Shown one piece after another: positions 50,030 through 58,536 of a stretch of DNA of 64,000 nt; the stretch's first letter is position 1; each line of letters opens with the position of its first letter. This DNA is from Heterodontus francisci (taxonomy: Eukaryota): positions 51,307,331-51,371,330 of the forward strand of contig NC_090380.1 in NCBI RefSeq assembly GCF_036365525.1. The letters are read 5' to 3'. The notes under the pieces were generated by a model. It was not told the origin of the DNA, searched no databases, and saw only the letters and a list, made by a program, of their open reading frames with translations. The position numbers and the translations under genes were made by a program.

Positions 50030-53000
50030 TGAGCAAATTGTTGGAGCTGCAGGCTGACAAGTCTCTGGGTCCTGATGGATTTCATCTTAGGGTCTTAAAA
50101 GAAGTGGCTATTGAGATAGTTGATGCATTGGTTTTAATGTTCCAAAATTCCCTAGATTCGGGGAAGGTTCCATTAGATTGGAAAATAGCGAATGTAACTC
50201 CTTTACTCAAAAAGGGAGGGTGACAGAAAGCAGGAAACTACAGGCCAGTTAGCTAAACATCTATCTCAGGGAAAATGTTAGAAGCTATTATTAAAGGTGT
50301 TATAGCAAGGCACTTAGAAAAATTCAAGGTAATCAGGAAGAGTCAATATGGTTTTGTGAAAGGGAAATCATGTTTAACCAATTTATTGGAGTTTTTGAAG
50401 AAGTAACATGTGCTGTGGATAATCGGGGTGGATGTACTGTACTTAGATTTCCAGAAGGCATTTGATAAGGTGCCACATCAAAAGTTATTGTGGAAAATAA
50501 AAGCTCATTGTGCAGGGGGTAACATTTTAGCATGGATAGAAGATTGGCTCGCTAACAGTAAACAGAGAGTAGGCATAAATTGGTCATTTCTAGTTAGCAA
50601 GATGTAATGAGTGGTGTGCCACAGGGATCAGGCTGGGGCCTCAACTTTTTACAATTTACATAAATGACTTGGATTAAAGGGCCGAAGGTATGGTTGCTAA
50701 ATTTGCTGATGATACAAAGATAACTAGGGAAGTAAGTTGTGAAGAAGACAGAAGGAGGCTACAAAGGGATTATAGATAAGTTAAGTGCGTGGGCAAAAAT
50801 CTGGCAAATGGAGTATAATGTGGGAAAATGTCAAATTGTCCATTTTGGCAGGAATAATAAAAAAGAAGCATATTATCTAAATGGTGAAAGATTGCAGAGC
50901 TCTGAGGTGCAGAGGGACCTGGGTGTCCTAGTGCATGAATCGCAAAAGTTCAGTATGCAGGTACAGCAAGTAATTAGGAATGCTAATAGAATGTTATTTT
51001 TTTAAATTCATTTATGGGATGTGGGCGTCACTGGCTAGGCCAGCATTTATTGCCCATCCATAATAGCCCTTGAGAAGGTGGTGGTGAGCTGCCTTCTTGA
51101 ACCACTGCAGTCCATGTGGGGTAGGTACACCCACAGTGCTGTTAGGAAGGGAGTTCCAGGATCTTGACCGAGCGACAGTGAAGGAACGGTGATATAGTTC
51201 CAAGTCAGGATGGTGTGTAACTTGGATGGGAACTTGCAGGTGGTGATGTTCCCATGCATCTGCTGCTCTTGTCCTTTGAGGTGGTAGAGGTTGCGGATTT
51301 GGAAGGTGCTGTCTAAGGAGCCTTGGTGCGTTGCTGCAGTGCATCTTGGAAATGGGACACACTGCTGCCACTGTGCGTCGGTGGTGGAGGGAGTGAATGT
51401 TTTTAGATGGGGTGCCAATCAAGTGGGCTGCTTTGTGCTGGATGGTGTCGAGCTTCTTGAGTGTTGTTGGAGCTGCACCCATCCAGGCAAGTGGAGAGTA
51501 TTCCATCACACTCCTGACTTGTGCCTTGTAGATGGTGGACAGGCTTTGGGGAGTCAGGAGGTGAGTTATTCACCACAGGATTCCTAGCCTCTAACCTGCT
51601 CTTGTAGCCAGGGTATTTATATGGCTACTCCAGTTCAGTTTCTGGTCAATGGTAGCCCCTAAGATGTTGATAGTGGGGGATTCAGAAATGGTAATGTCGT
51701 TGAATGTCAAGGGGAGATGGTTAGATTCTCTCTTGTTGGAGATGGTCATTGCCTGGCACTTGTGTGGCGCAAATGTTACTTGCCACTTATCAGTCCAAGC
51801 CTGGATATTGTCCAGGTCTTGCTGCATTTCTACACGGACTGCTTCAGTATTTGAAGAGTTGCGAATGGTGCTGAACATTGTGCAATCATCAGCAAACGTC
51901 CCCATTTCTGACCTTATGATTGAAGGAAGGTCATTGATGAAGCAGCTGAAGATGGTTGGGCCTAGGACACTACCCTGAGGAACTCCTGCAGTGATGTCCT
52001 GGAGCTCAGATGATTGACCTCCAACAACCACGGCCATCTTTCTTTGCACTAGGTATGACTCTAACCAGCAGAGAGTTTTCCCCCTGATTCCCATTGACCT
52101 CAGTTTTGCTAGGGCTCCTTGATGCCATACTCGGTCAAATGCTGCCTTGATGTCAAGGGCAGTCACTCTCACCTCACCTCTTGAGTTTAGCTCTTTTGTC
52201 CATGTTTGAACCAAGGCTGTAATGAGGTCAGGTGCTGAGTGGCCCTGTCGGAACCCAAACTGGGTATCACTGAGCAGGTTGTTGCTAAGCAAGTGCCGCT
52301 TGATGGCACTGTTGATGACACCTTCCATCATTTTGCTGATGATTGAGAGTAGACTGATGGGGCGGTAATTGGCCGGGTTGGACTTGCCCTGCTTTTTGTG
52401 TACAGGACAGACCTGAGCAATTTTCCACATTGCCTCGTAGATGCCAGTGTTGTAGCTATACTGGAACAGCTTGGCTGGGGGCGCGGCAACTTCTGGAGCA
52501 CAGGTCATCAGTACTATTGCCGGAATATTGTCAGAACCCATAGCCTTTGCAGTGTCCAGTGCCTTCAGTCGTTTCTTGATATCACACGGAGTGAATTGAA
52601 TTGGCTGAAGACTGGCATTTGTGATGCTGGGGACTTCAGGAGGGGGCCGAGATGGATCATCAACTTGGCACTTCTGGCTGAAGATTGTTGCAAATGCTTC
52701 TGCCTTATCTTTCGCACTGATGTGCTGGGCTCCCCCATCATTGAGGATGGGGTCATTGGTGGAGCCACCTCCTCCAGTTAGTTGTTTAATTGTCCACCAC
52801 CATTCATGACTGGATGTGGCAGGTCTGCAGAGCTTAAGTGTGATCCAATGGTTATGGGATCATTTCGCTCTGTCTATTGCATGCTGCTTACGCAGTTTGG
52901 CTTGCAAGTAGTCCTAGGTTGTAGCTTCACCAGGTTGACACCTCATTTTGAGGTATGCCTGGTGCTGCTCCTGGCATGCCCTCCGGCACTCTTCATTAAA

Positions 53001-54895
53001 CCAGGGCGGGTCTCCTGGCTTGATGGTAATGGTAGAGTGGGGGATATACCGGGCCATGAGATTACAGATTGTGGTTGAGTACAATTCTGCTGCTGCTGAT
53101 GGCCCACAGCGCCTCATGGATGCCCAGTTTTGCATTGCTAGATCTGTTCATAATCTATCCCATTTAGCACGGTCATAGTCCCACACAACACGAAGGAGGG
53201 TATCCTCAATGTGAAGGCAGGACTTTGTCTCCACAAGGACTGTGCGGTGGTCACCCCTACCAATACAGTCATGGACAGATGCATCTGCGGCAGGCAGATT
53301 GGTGAGGACAAGTTCAAGTATGTTTTTCTGTCGTGTTGGTTCTCCCACCACCTGCCGCAGACCCAGTCTAGCAGCTATGTCCTTTAGTACTCAGCCAATA
53401 GTGGTGCTGACATTGAAGTCCCCCACACACAGTACATTTTGTGCCCTTGCCACCCTCAGTGCTTCCTCCAAGTGCTGTTCAACATGGAGGAGTCCTGACT
53501 CATCAGCTGAGGGAGGGTGGTAGGTGGTAATCAGTAGGAGGTTACCTTGCCCATGTTTCACCTGATGCCATGAGACTTCATGGGGTCCAGAGTCAATGTT
53601 GAAGATTCCCAGGGCAACTCCCTCCCTACTGTAGACCACTGTCTCGCCACCTCTGCTGGGTCTGTCCTGCCGGTGGGACAGGACATACCCAGGGATAGTG
53701 ATTGCAGTGTCGGGGACGTTGTCTGTCAGGTATGATTCTGTGAGTTTGAGTATGACTATGTCAGGCTGTTACTTGACTAGTCTGTGAGACAGCTATCCCA
53801 ACTTTGGCACAAGCCCCCAGATGTTAGTAAGGAGGACCTTGCAGGGTCGGGTTTGCCGTTGTCGTTTCCGGTGCCTAGGTCAATGCCGGGTGGTCTGTCC
53901 AGTTTCATTCCTTTTTATTGACTTTGTAGCAGTTAGGTACAACTGAGTGGCTTGCTAGGCCATTTCACAGGGCATGTCAGAGTTAACCACATTGCTGTGG
54001 GTCTGGAGTCACATGTAGGCCAGACCAGGTAAGGACAGCAGATTTCCTTCGCTAAAGGACATTAGTGAACCAGATGGGTTTTTACAACAATCGACAATGG
54101 TTTCATGGCCATCATTAGACTAGCTTTAAATTCCAGATTTATTAATTAAATTCAAATTCCACCTTCTGCTGTGGTGGGATTTGAACCCATGTCCCCAGAT
54201 CAATACCTGGGTCGTTAGGTTACTAGTGCAGTGATAATACTACTACGCCACCACCCCCCCATTATTGTGAGGTGAATTGAATACAGAAGTAGGGAGGTTA
54301 TGCTTCAGGTTTACAGGGCATTGGTGAGAGCACATCTCATCTGGAGTACCATGTACAGTATTGGTCTCCTTATTTAAAGAAGGATATAAATGCGATGGAA
54401 CCAGTTCAGAGAAGGTTTACAAGACTAGTACCTGGAATGGGCAGGTTGTCCTTGGAGGAAAGGTTGGACAGGCTAGGCTTGTATCCACTGGAGTTTAGAA
54501 GAGTAAGAGGTGGATTGTTTGCAACATATAAGATTCTGACGGGTCTTGACAGGGTAGATGTGGAAAGGACATTTCTTGTGGTGGGAGAATCTACAATTTG
54601 GGGTCACTGTTTAAAAATAAGGGGTCTCCCATTTAAGACAGAGATGAGAAGACATTTTTTCTCTCAAAGGGTGTTGAGTCTTTGGAATTCTCTTCCTCAA
54701 AAGGCGCTGGAAGCAGAGTCTTTGAATATTTTTAAGGCAGAGGTAGATAGATTCATGAGAAGAAAGGGGGTGAAAGGTTATCAGCAGTAGGCAGGAATGT
54801 GGAGTTGAGGTTACAATCAGATCAGCCATGATCTTATCGAATGGTGGAGTAGGCTCGAGGAGCCGAGTGGCCTCCTAATACGTATGTTTGTATGT
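50030..54895 (+). mobile_element. CR1 LINE split by a 3.3-kb LINE insertion
   Basis: RT ORFs 50017-51005 continue at 54261 (NANRML | ..IEYRSREVMLQ) to a 3' tail near 54890. Confidence 0.88.
50997..54260 (-). mobile_element. Apparently full-length single-ORF (APE+RT) LINE of the CR1/Jockey group with a tRNA-like 5' head
   Basis: APE: TNIWGL, TESYL, YHPPS, GDFN, GDH. RT: NYRPISLL, QFGFR, LDIKAAFDRVWH, PQGSVLGP, FADD. Tail at 50997. A/B-box head at 54175-54260. No ORF1. Confidence 0.85.
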
Positions 54896-54904
54896 CATTA
54901 GCAA

Positions 54905-55475
54905 GTAGAAATCTATTGATCTCTGTCTTGAACTTACTCAGTTACTGAGCTTCCACCATCCTTTGGGGTAGACAATTCCAAAGATTCACCACCCTCTGAA
55001 TGAAGAAGTTCCTCCTCATCTCAGTCCTAAATGGCTTCCCTTTATTCTGAGATTGTGTCCTCTGGTTCTGGACCCCGCAGCCAGGGGAAACATCCTTTCT
55101 GCATCTACCCTGTCTATTCCTTTAAGAATTTTGTAAGTTTCTATGATATTGCCTCCCACTCTTCTAAACTCCAGAGAATGCAGGCCCAGTCTCCTGAATC
55201 TCTCCTCATAGGACAATCCCACCATCCAGGAATCAATCCAGTGAACCTCCGCTGCATTCCCTCTGTGGCAAGTATATCCTTCCTCAGGCAAGGGGACCAG
55301 AACTGCACACAATATTCCAGTTGCAGCCTCACCAATGTTCTACACAATTGAAGCAAGACATCCTTGCTCCTGTAGTCAAATCCTCTTGCGATAAAGGCTA
55401 ACATACCGTTTGCCTTCCTAATTGCATGCTGCACCTGCATGCTCGCTTTCACTGACTTATGAACAAGGACACCTT
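54905..55475 (-). mobile_element. CR1 LINE fragment
   Basis: [22 protein letters not shown] and LSYEERF. Confidence 0.88.
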
Positions 55476-55775
55476 GTGGCAGCCATTCGCTGGTTCATTT
55501 CTCAGGGCAATACCTTGACCAATCAGAGTCAAGCTGCCTGGTTTAAATTTCAAACAAAGCTTGGCAGTTAACTGTCAGTCACTGTAAACTGGTACATTCT
55601 CCATGGCAACGCCTCTACCAATCAGAGTTCACTTGCCAACCAATAAGCACTCTCTTCTCATGCATTTTAAGTTGTTGTTTTCCCTTACATTGGTTATTCT
55701 TGCGATTGTTCTGATGAGTGCAAGACAAAAAACTTCGACAACGTATCTCTTTTCAGCAATACTCAAGTTCTGAAC
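55476..55775 (+). mobile_element. Probable terminal fragment of a second Penelope-like family, with a degenerate hammerhead
   Basis: Three CCAAT motifs, then TTGTT-CTGATGA-G-TGCAAGA-C-AAAA-AACT-TC-GACAA at 55706-55741. Confidence 0.55.
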
Positions 55776-56375
55776 TACTACATGAATATTAATATTGAGG
55801 TTTTTGATTTAATTTGTTTTGAAATTGTGGGTGTACATATTAAATATTAATTTAAAGACTGAAGGGAAGCTGTTAGTTGTAAATAAATTGTGTTTAATTG
55901 TAGCCAGATGGTGATCATTAACTGGTACTTCACTTGAATCCCTATCAATAGACACAAACTGTAACTGTGGTTGTAACTTTGTAAATAAATGCAAAAGTGT
56001 GTAAAATTGGCTCCAGTTCTATCCTTCACCAACTGGCTTTCTGGAATAAAACATGGAGTGTGTGTCACCAGGTAAAAAGCCAACTATCTGTCTAAATGGC
56101 CCCACCTAGGTTTGATATCTGATCTGGTACATGGTAAGAATGTGTCCTGTAACAGTGCATAGTCAGAAGCAATTAGCTCCTCATAGGATTTATCATCTTC
56201 AAAGCTTATGTACTCATGTTGCATGCATGAAGTCCATGGTGGAGTGAGATGATATGAATTAGTACTGGCAAGGTAAAAATGCTGTAATTTAGCATTATGA
56301 AAGTGATCATATTTCATTTGCTGTGAAATCAAGTCAACATGGCTGAGTGTTTTATGACACATGGGTCACTGATAC

Positions 56376-57392
56376 TGTTATGATCCTGTAGTTTTTTTTC
56401 TGGGGAGAATGTGGTGTGCCTTTAAGGCTGCAAAAGAGCTGTACTGCTTTAAGGCATCAAGCTGTAAAGACTGAGTCAAAGAGTGCATTCTTGTTGTCTT
56501 GGACACAGCCATTCAGAGACTGCGATTCAAAGGGTGTATTCACGTTACCTTGGATCCAGCCACTCAGACTGAGCATCGAGAGATACATTTATATACTTGT
56601 TACAATTCAATTTTGAACTGGCTTATAGTGCAGACAGTCTGTTCTAACAGGAGAAACAGAAAGACAGCTGTGTGTTAGCACCTGAAAGGAGTGCTCTCAG
56701 CCCATTTAAACTGAAGGAAGAGAATTTAGACTGTGACAATCTTTTATCCCTCAAAAATTCAAAGCCAGATTGATTCTATTGAAAGTGTTGTGAGTTGTTG
56801 ATCTACTGCGGTCATCGCTGGAGAAGGAAAGCATCGCTTACTGCTGGAATTAGACTATGGAGTGTTCTGTTGAAGAACCTTTTTTTCCCCATCGGACGGC
56901 TATGAGGACTTCAAGCAACATCGGACTGTAAATTTTCAAGGACTCTGATTTTTTTCCATTTTAAATGTTGTTTATATCTTTGTAGTTTTTAAGAATTTAG
57001 TTTTTCTAATTAAACAGTTAATTTGTTGATTTAACGACACCTGGTTTGGTTAGCCTCATTCCGGGGGTTAATAGATGGTACAATTTGGCTTGTTCTTTCT
57101 TTAATTTGGAAAGTTTAAAATGATATAAAAGCAAAATACTGCGGATGCTGGAAATCTGAAACAAAAACAAGAAATGCTGGATTCACTCAGCAGGTCTGGC
57201 AGCATCTGTGGAAAGAGAAGCAGAGTTAACGTTTCGGGTCAGTGACCCTTCTTCGGATTTTCATCCCATGAAAAAATGATATGTTCAGCGATCTGTAGAG
57301 GGGTGGGATTGAATTAACAGTGCGTTTCTCCCACCACAATCAGAATCATATATTTTGATTGGGGGCTTTGACTGGAGTGGTCGGTCATAATA
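56376..57392 (+). mobile_element. Solo LTR
   Basis: TGTTATG...CATAATA termini and 4-bp TSD ATAC (56372-56375 / 57393-57396). Confidence 0.78.
57127..57272 (-). mobile_element. Short Penelope terminal-repeat insertion with hammerhead motif
   Basis: 57127-57256 is almost identical to 18895-19024. 10-bp TSD AAAATGATAT. Confidence 0.88.
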
Positions 57393-57399
57393 ATACTTA

Positions 57400-57645
57400 A
57401 TTGAGTCCTTCTGTACTTTGTTGCAGTCCATTTCAGCATTGACTATCCCCCCAATTTGGTGTCATCTGCAAATTTAGAAATGTTGTTTTTGATTCCAATG
57501 TCCAAATCATTAATGTAAATTGCGAACAGCAGTGGCCCCAGCAGTGATCCTTGTGGAACACCACTTCTCACCTTCTGCCAATCTGAATAACTACCCTTTA
57601 CTCCCACCCTCTGCTTTCTGACTTGAAGCCAGCTCGCAATCCATT
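57400..57645 (-). mobile_element. CR1 RT fragment
   Basis: Reverse complement encodes [10 protein letters not shown] and KFADDTKLG. Confidence 0.8.
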
Positions 57646-57646
57646 T

Positions 57647-58040
57647 GGGGCAGGTGGTGGTGTAGTGGTAATGTCACTGCACTAATAATCCAAAAGCCCA
57701 AACTTGGGGAAGATTAGTTCAAATCCTAACATCACAGCTAGTGGAATTCAAATTCAGTTAATTAATGAAATAATTAAATATCTGGAATTGAAAGGTAGCC
57801 ATGAAGCTATTACTGATTGTCAAAAAAAAAAAATCATTTGGTTCATTGATGCTCTTTTGAGAAGGAAATCTTCTCTCCTTACCTGGTCTGGCCTACACGT
57901 AACTCCAGACCCACAGCAATGTGGTTGACTCTTAACTGCCCTCTGAAATGCCTAGCAAGCCATTCTGTTGTCAAGGGCAACTAGGGCAAGAAATGCTGGC
58001 CTGCCAGTGCTGCCCACATCCCATGAAATAATTTTTAAAA
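57647..58040 (+). mobile_element. SINE made of the head and tail of the 50997-54260 LINE
   Basis: A-box TGGTGTAGTGG, B-box AGTTCAAATCC, body matching 53940-54255 by reverse complement, then directly the tail aaatgctggcc..gcccacatcccatgaa. Confidence 0.8.
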
Positions 58041-58208
58041 ACCCTTATTGAAAACCATTGAAAATGGAAATACTGGTGTTACTTCTCGAACAGGGACAAG
58101 AGATGCCATCATTTTCTGTCTGCAATACAGAACATTTTACATTGAATATAAACCTAAATCCTAAGTGAATGTTGTAAATAACACTATTTGGAGTGTTTTA
58201 TTTTACAG

Positions 58209-58320
58209 AGGAAGAAAGGATGTCTTGCCCCTAAATAAGAATTATATCCTCAGATCCACTCAGAAACGAACATCTCCACTGTGATATTGTGGTACTGGAT
58301 ATCAGATTACATTGCATGGG
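58209..58320 (+). other. Candidate non-coding or UTR exon
   Basis: Acceptor ttttattttacAG and donor GG|GTAAGT in unique sequence. Stops in all three frames. Confidence 0.25.
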
Positions 58321-58405
58321 GTAAGTGAAGAAACTTGTGGGATTTGTTGAGTAATATAAAATAGCTTTTTGAAAGTTCAAGGCCTGTTCTGGGTTTTAGC
58401 ACATA

Positions 58406-58536
58406 CTGAAGAAGGGTCACTGACCTGAAACGTTAACTCTGCTTCTCTCTCCACAGATGCTGCCAGACCTGCTGAGTATTTCCAGCATTTCTTGTTTTTA
58501 TTTCAGATTTCCAGTATCCGCAGTATTTTGCTTTTA
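58406..58536 (+). mobile_element. Short Penelope terminal-repeat insertion with a canonical hammerhead core
   Basis: CTGAAGA-A-GGGTCA-C-TGACCT-GAAACGTT-AACT..., the reverse complement of 18895-19024. Confidence 0.85.

Larger units (their letters stand above)
32578..56053 (+). mobile_element. Fragmented Copia (GalEa-like) LTR retrotransposon with many nested insertions
   Basis: LTRs ~32578-32787 and 55871-56053, with the terminal ~47 nt identical. PBS TGGTAGTACAGGATAGTT. PPT GAAGGGAAG. Gag, integrase, RT and RNase H remnants occur in Copia order. No TSD found. Confidence 0.78.
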
